DNA of 48,802 bases, from positions 1-48,802 of IMG/VR virus record IMGVR_UViG_2718218136_000008. The stretch is one strand, 5' to 3'. Source of the DNA: a virus. Lineage: Duplodnaviria; Heunggongvirae; Uroviricota; Caudoviricetes. Shown here one piece after another: positions 31,998 through 40,778 of the stretch. The stretch's first letter is position 1; each line of letters begins with the position of its first letter. A model generated the notes under the pieces. That model was not told the DNA's origin. It made no database searches and saw only the letters and a list, made by a program, of their open reading frames with translations. The translations under genes were made by a program, and so were the position numbers.

Positions 31998-32147
31998 GGA
32001 TCAGTAAGCGTAACTCTGGTAGGCTCACTCTGCTTTTGCGCTAAAGCAGTGGGCCGTGGTTCGCTTGTGACCAGTAAGCATGAGCGAATGGCTGGCAGGT
32101 GCTACCAACACCCACCAGCCGCCCATTTTCACAGCAGGAAACCGCCA

Positions 32148-32375
32148 TTACTGGCAGCGTCTGAATTTATTCCCGTATCCGCCGTTATCCTTCGCCAGAC
32201 CCGCCAGAACTAACTGAGTCAGTATTAACTGGCACCGGGCTTCGCTTACTCCGGTAGTTCTCGTCATCATGCGTGGCGTTACCCACTTGTCAGCAGGTAA
32301 GAAATGAAGGACTGCGGCGGCGGTTTCTGTCATATCTTGCTGTTTTAGCATGTCTTTTTCCCTTCTGGTTAACAT
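32148..32375 (-). CDS. hypothetical protein
   Basis: 75-aa ORF between the MTase and the lipoprotein gene; unrecognised. Confidence 0.35.
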   Translation of the reverse strand: MLTRREKDMLKQQDMTETAAAVLHFLPADKWVTPRMMTRTTGVSEARCQLILTQLVLAGLAKDNGGYGNKFRRCQ

Positions 32376-32473
32376 GACATACCAATAACTCTTGTCTAAA
32401 AAGCCAGCAAGATAAAAGGTCAGTATTCACGACCACCAGCGTGTTTACTGTACTGCACCAAGTTTACAGGTAC

Positions 32474-32497
32474 AAAAAAACCGCTCAGCGGCGGGTT
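32474..32497 (-). terminator. intrinsic terminator (possible tR'-like late terminator)
   Basis: Minus-strand CCGCCGCTGAGCGG hairpin followed by T7; promoter-like TTGGAG-N17-TACAAT upstream on the minus strand (~32545..32575). Confidence 0.5.
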
Positions 32498-32621
32498 TAA
32501 GTTGTGTGGCGAAGTAACCACTCTTAACAGCATATTTGATTTTTTACGATTGTAAACGGTTGATTATTCATCTCCAATAAAAATAATTGTGTAGGTATGC
32601 CCTTAACAATGGATAAGAAAC

Positions 32622-33067
32622 ATGAATAAAATGACTGTACTATTACTTAGCGCAACTATCATTTCAGGTTGTACTTCTTCCGTACCATTGATAAAAAAAC
32701 TCAATCAGGAAAACCTGAGGGGGTTTATCAAAATACGACAAAAGATAAAGTCAAAGATGCCCTTGTGAATTACTGCAATAGTAGAGGGTTGATAATTTAC
32801 AACGCTGATAACAGCAGTGTTATATGTGGTAAAGAACTGGAAGGCGGGTCTGCTGTTTTTGGACAAATGTTAATCGGCAATGCCTATTCAACAACCCCGG
32901 TATCAAAAGTCAGATTTACTATCGCTCAAGTTAATAACGATACAAAAGTGTGGGCCGATATGTGGATGGAAACTCAAATGGCAATGGGGCAAGTACAACA
33001 AATGGCTATAACAGACAACGCAAGCAAAAACACTATCCAACAACGTCTTGATGAATTAAAACCTTAA
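32622..33067 (+). pseudogene. lipoprotein gene interrupted by a frameshift at an A7 run
   Basis: ATG 32622 frame encodes lipobox signal MNKMTVLLLSATIISGC... and stops at ~32767; 132-aa mature-part ORF continues from 32669 in another frame; frames meet at AAAAAAA 32693..32699, one extra A restores a ~149-aa lipoprotein. Confidence 0.5.
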
Positions 33068-33151
33068 GTAAATTAATTAAATAAAATGGGGAGAATAAAT
33101 CGACTCCCCACACATTAAACTGATTCAATTACCCCCTCAATAAGAGGTCTT

Positions 33152-33517
33152 CTAACGATCCATCTCTAGCTCAATTTCTAACATCATTAACATGCCATCA
33201 ACTACACCTTCAGCCTTTTGCAATAAACGCCCAACCCAGCAATCAGAACGCCCATGTTTACGGGCAAGCGCCATAAACGTCATACCACCTACATAATAAT
33301 CCACTAATAAATCGTGCAAATCGCTGTTGTTCTTTTTCAGGCGAGCCATGCACCCACAAATGATCATCGCATCATCGTCACAACATTGCGGGCGGGATTT
33401 TACTTTTGAAGGGATTAGTCCTTTAAATCCTGCAGCAATAGACGACCAGGTGACATCCTCGTGATTATTTGCCACCCATGCCCCCCAACGTTCAAGAACC
33501 ATTTGAATATCACGCAT
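33152..33517 (-). CDS. late-gene antiterminator Q (QuuD-like)
   Basis: 121 aa from ATG 33517 ([14 protein letters not shown]...[16 protein letters not shown]...), matches recalled E. coli prophage Q. Confidence 0.8.
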   Translation of the reverse strand: MRDIQMVLERWGAWVANNHEDVTWSSIAAGFKGLIPSKVKSRPQCCDDDAMIICGCMARLKKNNSDLHDLLVDYYVGGMTFMALARKHGRSDCWVGRLLQKAEGVVDGMLMMLEIELEMDR

Positions 33518-33534
33518 CAACGTTCTCCACAAAA

Positions 33535-34530
33535 TCAGGCCAGCACGCCAATTGCCAGCGCACGATCGATAAAACGAAATATCAGCTCCAGCTGGGAGCC
33601 ATACTTCTCTTCAAATGCCACGGTATCCGCATGCAGCTCGTCGTGATGCTTTCTGCACAAAGGCAACACAAAGAGGTCATGCGCTTTTGTACCCATTCCC
33701 CCCTGACCGTGGCCTATCAGGTGGTGGGGATCATCAGCAGACTTTCCACAACATGCACACGGCTGTGTCTTAACCCAGCGCGTGTACTTTTCGTTAACCC
33801 AGCGGCGACGTTTGGGGCGTAACATAAAAGACTCCGGCGACTCCGGATCCACTTTCAGCGCCAGCACCTTTTTCGCTTTATCCTGGATGATGCTGGTGGC
33901 AGGAACCGAAGGCACAAGGTCACTTTCCCGGGTGACAGATGGCACAACAGGCTTCGGTAATCTCAGTGCCTTACGGGCTGCGCTTTCCGGTAAGGCATCC
34001 GCCAGATCATTACGAACCAGCCACCAGCACAGTTCCGGCATTGTCACAACGTGACTGTCATCAAAACCGAGATCCCGACGCACGACAGACAACACCCAGC
34101 GGGCACAGTTATCCGTTGCCATTGATTCCAGCCGTTCCGTGAACTGGTCACGCAGCTGGTTATCGCAGTGCCAGCACAGACGAATTGCTCCCGGAGCGTG
34201 CCGCATTGTGGTCATGTTCTCGCTGTGCCAGTCAGAATGAGGCCACTGACAGCCCTTTTCACGAAGTAACCAGCTTTCAAGACATTCCACGCCACCAGCA
34301 CGACGGATCACTGCCTCATTGCGGAACACGGTCCGAACGGCAGGATCATCCGCCAGCGGTTGTGATGCCGCCGGAACGGCACCACTGGCGAAAGATGAAT
34401 AACGTTCCGGCTCTGGCTCCAGCAGGACACGCCCCTGCATAAACAGGGGCATCAGCTCTGAACCTGGCCTGAACAATACGATCCCCATACGCGGGGCAAT
34501 TTCAGGGGTCAGTAGTGCTCTCACGGTCAC
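33535..34530 (-). CDS. prophage protein with C-terminal Cys/His nuclease-like motif (DUF968-like)
   Basis: 331-aa ORF; C-terminal [18 protein letters not shown]...CRKHHDELH cluster. Confidence 0.6.
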   Translation of the reverse strand: MTVRALLTPEIAPRMGIVLFRPGSELMPLFMQGRVLLEPEPERYSSFASGAVPAASQPLADDPAVRTVFRNEAVIRRAGGVECLESWLLREKGCQWPHSDWHSENMTTMRHAPGAIRLCWHCDNQLRDQFTERLESMATDNCARWVLSVVRRDLGFDDSHVVTMPELCWWLVRNDLADALPESAARKALRLPKPVVPSVTRESDLVPSVPATSIIQDKAKKVLALKVDPESPESFMLRPKRRRWVNEKYTRWVKTQPCACCGKSADDPHHLIGHGQGGMGTKAHDLFVLPLCRKHHDELHADTVAFEEKYGSQLELIFRFIDRALAIGVLA

Positions 34531-34531
34531 C

Positions 34532-35341
34532 TCAATGAACGGTATCGAGTAGCTTTAACAGCTCAGGGAATCGGGATTCGAAGAAATGCGGCTGCGTCTC
34601 GCGCGGATTTGCGGGACTGGTGATGTTCTTGCCGAACATGCAGCCTTTCGCCGTCAGCGACCAGAATTTTTTGATGTTGTTAATCGCGGTACGGCTGTAT
34701 CGTTCACGTTGTTCAACGATCCCCAGCTTCGCCATCTGGTGATATGCCTGATTAGCTGTCAGGCGGATACCATACTGCTTCAGCAGTGCACTCAGTGACA
34801 GTGTCGGGCGGCTTGAGCCATCAGGCGCGTCAGCAGGAGCATCAATGGCATAGCGCGGTGCCAGATTCGGTAAGCCAACAGCCTCCTGGAGTTTCTGACA
34901 GGCACCAAGCACTGAAGAGTTAGACAGATTTAACTCCCGGCGCATAAAGTCCAGCAGGATCACGCCAGCCTGCATCTTGTCAGCAGCCTGTCCGGATAAC
35001 TTTTCCGGCGCGCTGGTTACCATATCGAAAGTACGGATCACCTTCAGATGGAATGACGGGCTGATCCACATTGCATAGGCATACACCAGTTCCTTACAGA
35101 CATACGTTCCCCGTTCATTTCCCCCATGAATCACACTCACCGGGTCAACACCCAAATTCTGGGTGTTGGTTAATTCATGAACAAGCTCAACAGTTTGTTG
35201 GCTGGAAAGAAACTTTCCTGGCTCCTTGGTTCTGGCATTTGCACCAGATGCTACTGCTGCGCGATGCAGATCGTTCAGGCTGTAACGCCCATAAGCATCA
35301 CGACGAACTTCAATACCATCAATGACCATCAGATTATTCAT
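34532..35341 (-). CDS. KilA-N domain protein (antirepressor-like)
   Basis: 269-aa ORF; N-terminal MNNLMVIDGIEVRRDAYGRYSLNDLHRAA typical of KilA-N. Confidence 0.65.
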   Translation of the reverse strand: MNNLMVIDGIEVRRDAYGRYSLNDLHRAAVASGANARTKEPGKFLSSQQTVELVHELTNTQNLGVDPVSVIHGGNERGTYVCKELVYAYAMWISPSFHLKVIRTFDMVTSAPEKLSGQAADKMQAGVILLDFMRRELNLSNSSVLGACQKLQEAVGLPNLAPRYAIDAPADAPDGSSRPTLSLSALLKQYGIRLTANQAYHQMAKLGIVEQRERYSRTAINNIKKFWSLTAKGCMFGKNITSPANPRETQPHFFESRFPELLKLLDTVH

Positions 35342-35360
35342 ACTTCGTTTCTCCTCTTAA

Positions 35361-35749
35361 TCAGGCAGCTGCACCCGCCGTTTTCTCGTACTTACTGATA
35401 GTGATCTCGACCTTCCCTTCCGGGATAACCGGTCCCCACTCCACCAGCATTCTTTTCACCTGACTGTCGTCTTCCCACCCCCCGCGTGGGTCAGGGCGTC
35501 AAACAGCGCCTTGTTATAGTTGTCCAGATCGCGGATCCTGTTATCCGGAGGAAACAACACGATCTCCACTGAAGCAGGTGCCGACGTTGGTTTCGGCAGA
35601 CGACGTAACTGCTCAACTATTGCTGCGCACGCCGCGCTCTGGAATTTTCGCCCCGCCGCGCTTATCAGGCTCTTACCAGCAAACGCCCCTTTGTTGGGGT
35701 GTCGCCAGTACGTGTTCACGCTGGGCGGAAAAGGCAGGATCAGCTTCAT
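35361..35749 (-). pseudogene. rusA: Holliday-junction resolvase RusA with frameshift at a G6/C6 run
   Basis: N-terminal 97-aa ORF (…RDLDNYNKALFDALTHAG) stops early; adjacent frame continues WEDDSQVKRMLVEWGPVIPEGKVEITISKYEKTAGAAA; frames meet at CCCCCC 35478..35483. Confidence 0.6.
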
Positions 35750-36072
35750 ACTTTCAGGCTCCTCTCATGTAACCAGTGGGTTGCACGCAGCCTTGCGTTT
35801 TCCTCACCGGCAAGCAGTGAGCGGATAATCCCGACCGCCTCGCTGTCGTCGTCCTTCACCGCGGTATGAAGCTTTATCCCCCGGGCCACGCCACGCTTTA
35901 TCGTGATGACGCCTTTTTTCTCCAGTGCGCGAAGATGCTCCACCGCTGCATTCACCGAACGGTATCCCAGCATGGTTGCCACCTCCTGATTGGTTGGCGG
36001 GAAGCCACGTTCTTTCTGGTAAGAAATCAGCATATCCAGCACCTGCTGCTGGCATTGAGTTAACGTCGTCAT
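35746..36072 (-). CDS. winged-helix DNA-binding protein (LexA N-terminal-domain-like)
   Basis: ~108 aa from ATG 36072 (MTTLTQCQQQVLDMLISYQKERGFPPTNQEVATMLGYRSVNAAVEHLRALEKKGVI); TAATG coupling with upstream gene. Confidence 0.55.
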   Translation of the reverse strand: MTTLTQCQQQVLDMLISYQKERGFPPTNQEVATMLGYRSVNAAVEHLRALEKKGVITIKRGVARGIKLHTAVKDDDSEAVGIIRSLLAGEENARLRATHWLHERSLKV

Positions 36073-36560
36073 TACGCCCCCACGTAATTCCCTGACAGAT
36101 ACCACTCATCACTCGATACAGCGCGCTTGCTGCTTTTCCGTAAACACTGCTCACGACGCGCCAGAAAATTGTTTCGTTCTGGCTGGGAATGGCTTTCACG
36201 GAATGCCGCCATCCACACCGTTGCAGCACGACGGTATAAGCCCCTGGACTCCAGTTCTTCAGCCTGGCGGGTCAGGCACAAAATCTCCCGCGGGTCGTTA
36301 GTGCCGACATAGAAATTGCGCACAGGTCTGGTTTCACGAACTGGTTGCGGTTCCGCCTCCTGCGCTCTCTCAGTCAGGCGCGGGAAATGTCTGCGTGTAT
36401 CCCCTTCACAACGGTGAGCCACACGACCACTCTGACGTAACTTGCTTGCTGACTGCAGAACGCGCTGCCGTGAGTAACCTGCAAAAGCATCCGCAATGTC
36501 TCCGGAAGTACACCCCGGATGGGCTTCAATGAATTTCTGAACGTCATTCAAAAGACTCAT
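36072..36560 (-). CDS. PerC-like regulatory protein
   Basis: ~162 aa; C-terminal EELESRGLYRRAATVWMAAF recalls PerC-family motif. Confidence 0.4.
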   Translation of the reverse strand: MSLLNDVQKFIEAHPGCTSGDIADAFAGYSRQRVLQSASKLRQSGRVAHRCEGDTRRHFPRLTERAQEAEPQPVRETRPVRNFYVGTNDPREILCLTRQAEELESRGLYRRAATVWMAAFRESHSQPERNNFLARREQCLRKSSKRAVSSDEWYLSGNYVGA

Positions 36561-36562
36561 AA

Positions 36563-37555
36563 TCACCCCCTGAATCCTGCCGGGATCTGGCTGTAGTCCA
36601 CGTTGTCGTAACTGGCTTTGAAGTACGGGTCTTCGCGTTTTTCGGTGTACGTGCTGACGGACGGCGATAAGCGCAGGGAAAGCTCATCCCATTTTTCCCG
36701 CAGCTTCGACGGGCTGAGCACGTTACGGCACCAGAACGGATCGCGACTGACGCGGCTGTACATCTCGCAGATTTGTTTATGAGTACGACCATCCTGCACA
36801 CACATCAGGCGAATTTCGTTTGCCCAGGCTGTCCAGTTCGGTTCTTTGGGACGAACCACCTCGCCGTCACATTCGGCGGCATGCTCGTACAGGGCGATGA
36901 TTTTTTTCCAGAGCCACTGTGCGCAGGTCAAATCATCCTGCGTTCCCCACTGGCGCTTTTTAGGGCTGAATACAACCGCATCAGGATGGCGAGTTAAAAA
37001 CTCCTGTTCAGCCGTCTGCGTGTCCGGTTGCGAAGCGTCCGGACGAGAAGAGGTTTTATTCTCTGTAGTAATCTCTGTTGTATTCTCTGTAAGATCATTG
37101 GGCCATTTTGACCCGATGACAGCGTGTCGTTTTGAACCAATGGATCGTGTCATTTTGCGCCCATCCATCAGGTCACTTTGACCCGATGGAGAAGTGCATT
37201 TTGACCTGATGGATTCGTTCACTTTGACCTCTTCTAAAAGCTCACTTTCATAGTTGATCGTGTAGAAGTTGGTCATGTCACGCTTCGATTTATTGAGTTG
37301 CTCGCGACGCAAAACCCCAAGTGATTTCAGGCTTGCAAATGTGCGTTTCAGAGTGGACTCTGACCAGAACGGAAACTGCTCCAGCCACTGTTCTGTCGTG
37401 TTATAAACCCAGCGAATTCCGCCATGCTCAGTGCCTGAATTCGTTTCATTCAGCCAGTAATGAAGCTGCTGCAACACAATTGCCTCATTCAGACCAATAC
37501 GGCATGCAAGATCACGATTTATCACAATGGGCTGGGATGTCATTAACAGGCTCAT
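36563..37555 (-). CDS. replication initiator (lambda O-like) with origin iterons inside the gene
   Basis: 330-aa ORF; N-terminal HTH-like region; internal ~23-bp iterons and AT-rich repeats; position after cII-like gene. Confidence 0.7.
   Translation of the reverse strand: MSLLMTSQPIVINRDLACRIGLNEAIVLQQLHYWLNETNSGTEHGGIRWVYNTTEQWLEQFPFWSESTLKRTFASLKSLGVLRREQLNKSKRDMTNFYTINYESELLEEVKVNESIRSKCTSPSGQSDLMDGRKMTRSIGSKRHAVIGSKWPNDLTENTTEITTENKTSSRPDASQPDTQTAEQEFLTRHPDAVVFSPKKRQWGTQDDLTCAQWLWKKIIALYEHAAECDGEVVRPKEPNWTAWANEIRLMCVQDGRTHKQICEMYSRVSRDPFWCRNVLSPSKLREKWDELSLRLSPSVSTYTEKREDPYFKASYDNVDYSQIPAGFRG
37104..37235. repeat. replication-origin iterons: six ~23-bp direct repeats (CAYTTTGACCYGATGG-like)
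   Basis: Repeat starts at 37104, 37128, 37151, 37174, 37197, 37220; flanked at 37045..37095 by AT-rich TCTCTGT repeats. Confidence 0.65.
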
Positions 37556-37724
37556 GACCGACCTCTATTTCCCTGAATTTACGACGAAACTGTTCGAGCG
37601 GACTGAAGCATTCATGTTCATAGCCTTCACGGAGGTAGATAACCCGTTGTGTTTCCGGCTCCCAACGAATGACTCTGACGGGCACTCCGTAGTGATCTTT
37701 GAACCAGCGGTTAACTTGTCGCAA
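37512..37724 (-). CDS. hypothetical small protein
   Basis: 70-aa ORF; overlaps the alternative 37565..37903 frame and the O-like start; only one is likely fully real. Confidence 0.3.
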   Translation of the reverse strand: MRQVNRWFKDHYGVPVRVIRWEPETQRVIYLREGYEHECFSPLEQFRRKFREIEVGHEPVNDIPAHCDKS

Positions 37725-37903
37725 AGGACTGTCTCCTTCTGCCGGTTGAAATCACCCACAGCCCACTCTGCAAAGCTGTGGGTTACAATTTCCCTGTCAC
37801 CTGGTACATTCACTGCATAGCAATACTCCACCTTCGCTTTTCCACCCGGTACAGGAAGCGCAATCAGTTGCGAGCGACGGTAGTGTGTTGTTAAACTGTT
37901 CAT
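37565..37903 (-). CDS. hypothetical protein (N-terminal half plausible, C-terminal half low complexity)
   Basis: 112-aa ORF directly after the cII-like gene. Confidence 0.3.
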   Translation of the reverse strand: MNSLTTHYRRSQLIALPVPGGKAKVEYCYAVNVPGDREIVTHSFAEWAVGDFNRQKETVLCDKLTAGSKITTECPSESFVGSRKHNGLSTSVKAMNMNASVRSNSFVVNSGK

Positions 37904-38541
37904 GCGTTAGTTTCTCCACAACCAGAAGCAATCGACGCCACGACGCCCGGAGCTGCACACTCGCGGGCGTTACTCTTTTCCGGCGCACAAAAAACACGAA
38001 ATAACAGTGTTAAATGCTCCTGCCACTTCGCCATTACTTGGTAGCTGTTCTCTTCGATTTGCTCACGCTCAGCTTGGTCAATAACTCCATCAGCAGTTGC
38101 CTTGCGTAAGTACTGGGAATGCTTGCCAATCCATTCTATTGACTCCATCAGCCGCTGATTAATGTCACCATTGTCAATGTCATCAATGACCACCAGCGGC
38201 ACAAACACCCCATTACTACGACGGGCTATTGCATCCGTTACATGCCTGGTACCACTGGCATCCTGTAAAACCATGGCCCACTCAAGTGGAAAAATTTGAT
38301 CCCCACCGCTACGCAGTCTGTTATGCAATTGATCTTTTGCTGGGGTGATATCATCAGATTTATACAAACCAAGAATTTCTGCTGCTTCCTCATAGCCATG
38401 AGGTAAATCAGCAATCGTTCTTCGTATTGCTGCCACCAGCCATGCTGGTTGCTTATCAACTTTCCATTCAGGTTCTTTACCCACGTTTAAGCCCTCATAT
38501 CTGTGGTTTCTGTAAATCGATTTATCCATTAGATTTTTCAT
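37900..38541 (-). CDS. CII-like regulatory protein (possibly phage 186 CII/CP76 family)
   Basis: ~213 aa from ATG 38541; segment [23 protein letters not shown] resembles recalled CII-family pattern; immediately after cro. Confidence 0.5.
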   Translation of the reverse strand: MKNLMDKSIYRNHRYEGLNVGKEPEWKVDKQPAWLVAAIRRTIADLPHGYEEAAEILGLYKSDDITPAKDQLHNRLRSGGDQIFPLEWAMVLQDASGTRHVTDAIARRSNGVFVPLVVIDDIDNGDINQRLMESIEWIGKHSQYLRKATADGVIDQAEREQIEENSYQVMAKWQEHLTLLFRVFCAPEKSNARECAAPGVVASIASGCGETNA

Positions 38542-38722
38542 AAAGCTCAGGTTTAAATGGCAACCGTCCGCAAGTTCTATATGCAGCCTCTGCTGCACGT
38601 CCTTTTGGAATTAACTGGCCAGGACGGTTTCGCCACTGATAAACGGCTTCAGTTGTTATGCCGAAAAAAGCAGCAACTTTCTCAATGCTGCCGAAGTAGC
38701 TTTCGATATCGTCAGTCGTCAT
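38522..38722 (-). CDS. cro: Cro-like HTH repressor
   Basis: 66-aa ORF with HTH (KVAAFFGITTEAVYQWRNR), divergent from cI across an operator region. Confidence 0.75.
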   Translation of the reverse strand: MTTDDIESYFGSIEKVAAFFGITTEAVYQWRNRPGQLIPKGRAAEAAYRTCGRLPFKPELYEKSNG

Positions 38723-38819
38723 ATGCCCTCCAAACTAAGTTTTATTAGATGTTAATTATCAATCTATCTTAGGTCAATAAAAACTAAGATTACTTAGTAA
38801 TTAAAGAAATGGTGCTCCT
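38723..38819. promoter_or_regulatory. cI-cro intergenic operator/promoter region (OR-like)
   Basis: Perfect palindrome CTAAG-ATTA-CTTAG (38784..38797) and related CTAAG-N5-TTAG (38735..38748). Confidence 0.5.
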
Positions 38820-39446
38820 ATGGAAACGGTTGGTCAGCGTATAAAAGCTCTGAGAAGAGTTACCAGAACGTCCCAGAAAGAATTGGGTAAATTTTGTGGA
38901 GTAAGTGACGTTGCTGTGGGGTACTGGGAGAAAGACATCAATGTCCCTGGTGGGGAAGCACTTTCAAAATTAGCGAAGTTCTTCAATACGTCAATAGATT
39001 ACATTCTTTATGGTGCGGAGTTTGAAGGCAAACTCGTCACAAACATGCGCAGAGTTCCTGTAATCTCGTGGGTTCAGGCTGGGCAGTTTACTGAGTGCAG
39101 GACAGCAGAAGTGTTTAGTGAAGTAGACAAGTGGGTAGATACATCATTAAAGATTGGTGATAACTCATTTGCATTGGAGGTTAAAGGCGACTCCATGACT
39201 AACCCTAACGGCCTCCCAACAATACCAGAAGGCGCAACAGTGATTGTAGATCCTGATGCAGAACCCCGGCATGGAAAAATAGTCATCGCTAGACTTGATG
39301 GAACAAACGAAGCCACAGTAAAAAAATTAGTTATCGATGGCCCTCAAAAGTTTTTAGTGCCATTAAATCCCCGGTACCCCAACATCCCGATCAATGGTAA
39401 TTGCCTCATCATTGGTGTAGTCAAAGGAGTTCAATACGAACTCTAG
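38820..39446 (+). CDS. cI: CI-type repressor (HTH plus S24 LexA-like autopeptidase)
   Basis: 208-aa ORF; N-terminal HTH (QKELGKFCGVSDVAVGYWEKD), C-terminal GDSM…K peptidase motif. Confidence 0.9.
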   Translation: METVGQRIKALRRVTRTSQKELGKFCGVSDVAVGYWEKDINVPGGEALSKLAKFFNTSIDYILYGAEFEGKLVTNMRRVPVISWVQAGQFTECRTAEVFSEVDKWVDTSLKIGDNSFALEVKGDSMTNPNGLPTIPEGATVIVDPDAEPRHGKIVIARLDGTNEATVKKLVIDGPQKFLVPLNPRYPNIPINGNCLIIGVVKGVQYEL

Positions 39447-39469
39447 CCCCCCTTTTCTCTAACCAAAAC

Positions 39470-39530
39470 ACCGAACTAAGAAAAGTTTGGTGTTTTCTCT
39501 TGCCATCAAAACTAAGTTAAGTTAGATTTT
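39470..39530. promoter_or_regulatory. candidate OL-like operator region downstream of cI
   Basis: CTAAG half-sites at 39476..39480 and 39512..39525 (CTAA-GTTAAG-TTAG); inverted repeat AAAACACCGAACT/AGTTTGGTGTTTT. Confidence 0.3.
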
Positions 39531-39680
39531 ATATCAAAGATAACGAACAGGCAGGACGCCCACGAAGTAGCCGCCTGGGGCATATGAAGTCCAGGATGAT
39601 TCGTTAGCAACAAAAAAAGCGCCCTATAGGACGCTTCGCTCTTTAACAATCCTGGTATCCCCGTAACAAAAGAGGGTTCT

Positions 39681-39974
39681 ATGGTCATATTCTGTGCTTA
39701 CGTTCATCCTAATGGATTTTTTATCAGCACCAACCAACAAGACGAATTCTGGATTCTACTTAGTAAGCAGATCGGATGGGGACGATTCTGTCTAATCCGA
39801 CCAGAATCAGAATTTACAGAGAATGGAGGGCTTTTTGAATTACGTGAAATACGTCCGGCAGATGGTCAAGCCCCTGACCAAGTAATCGAATCGTCAGCTG
39901 TTTTATGGCGTCGGCAGGAAGCGTTCGAAGCTGAGAAAGTAATTTCTTCTTATCTTCAGTCGTGGCAGAAGTAG
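39681..39974 (+). CDS. hypothetical protein (uncertain; overlaps convergent 167-aa ORF)
   Basis: 97-aa ORF with AGAGGG RBS; no arginine-rich N-like motif. Confidence 0.25.
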   Translation: MVIFCAYVHPNGFFISTNQQDEFWILLSKQIGWGRFCLIRPESEFTENGGLFELREIRPADGQAPDQVIESSAVLWRRQEAFEAEKVISSYLQSWQK

Positions 39975-40317
39975 AACTATTGATGATACGTTCAAGTTCA
40001 CAGAGAGTCTCATCATGCAATCTTATTGTCATAATCCCAAGAATAGCTTTAAGACCTCCATCATCACGAATGAAATCAATTCCATCTTTAGTAATTCTTA
40101 ATTCAGGAATATTTATATTTATGCCATCCAAGTAATAATCAAGAGCATTCTTAATCAAGCCATGTTCTTCGAGATAAATTAAGTTCGAAATTAGGACATT
40201 ATCATCTCCAAATGCGTCACGAACAGACTGCAACGCATCATCAGAAATTTCATAAGGATGAGCATCATACAGTATTTGTAACAACTGCCTTTGTGCACTT
40301 CTATCAAATTTGTCCAT
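39814..40317 (-). CDS. hypothetical low-GC accessory protein in the immunity region
   Basis: 167-aa ORF; low GC relative to flanks; opposite orientation to cI and early-left genes; no recognised motif. Confidence 0.45.
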   Translation of the reverse strand: MDKFDRSAQRQLLQILYDAHPYEISDDALQSVRDAFGDDNVLISNLIYLEEHGLIKNALDYYLDGININIPELRITKDGIDFIRDDGGLKAILGIMTIRLHDETLCELERIINSSTSATTEDKKKLLSQLRTLPADAIKQLTIRLLGQGLDHLPDVFHVIQKALHSL

Positions 40318-40595
40318 CTTAAATAATCACCATGTTATTGGGGGTATCAAGATTAACCGAATCCTTGTTGTTGGGGAATAACCAGGTCCACCTCGCCTGA
40401 TGTGGCTAAAAGCAGGCACATAACAGCTAAGTATTTTCAACCAGAGAGAATCCTTAGCGTTGTGGTGAATGCGGCTCAGCGCACGCGGGTTAAGGTTGAG
40501 GCTGACAGTCGACCTTCTGTGGATACCCACCCGCCTGGTGTGCAACCTTCGCCAGGCACCGGGAGGCACCCGGCACCACAACAGCCACTGCTTTG

Positions 40596-40641
40596 GCGGT
40601 ACCAGTTTGTACACTTGCTTCCGGCTGGTACCGCTCTTTTT
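40596..40641 (+). terminator. intrinsic terminator upstream of the yfdP-like gene
   Basis: Perfect 10-bp inverted repeat GCGGTACCAG/CTGGTACCGC with 19-nt loop followed by TCTTTTT. Confidence 0.5.
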
Positions 40642-40730
40642 ACAAAACAGAGAAGAGCATCACCGGACGACGGGCTCATAACCCAATCCATCCGGGCGGC
40701 TGCCACCGCAGGTGTTCTTCTCTGTTTTGT
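40642..40730. repeat. 15-bp perfect inverted repeat with 59-nt GC-rich loop
   Basis: ACAAAACAGAGAAGA (40642..40656) and TCTTCTCTGTTTTGT (40716..40730). Confidence 0.5.
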
Positions 40731-40778
40731 GGAGAAACCAACCGACCTTGCAGGGTCGATATGATGAGGAGCAGCAAA

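Noticed and set aside
32000-32640. tRNA genes between Q and the lysis genes, as in some lambdoid phages
   Set aside because: I could not find a convincing cloverleaf (acceptor stem plus T-loop GTTC-type motif) by eye in the intergenic stretches; a tRNA scan would be needed to exclude one.
36072-36566. Lambda P-like helicase loader following the O-like gene
   Set aside because: The 162-aa protein lacks any ATPase or helicase-loader motif I can see and carries a PerC-like motif; no P/DnaC-like gene is evident in the window.
37104-37235. Possible CRISPR-like or tandem-repeat array in the replication gene
   Set aside because: ~23-bp spacing with no unique spacers, located inside the initiator ORF with an adjacent AT-rich tract: iteron-type origin instead.
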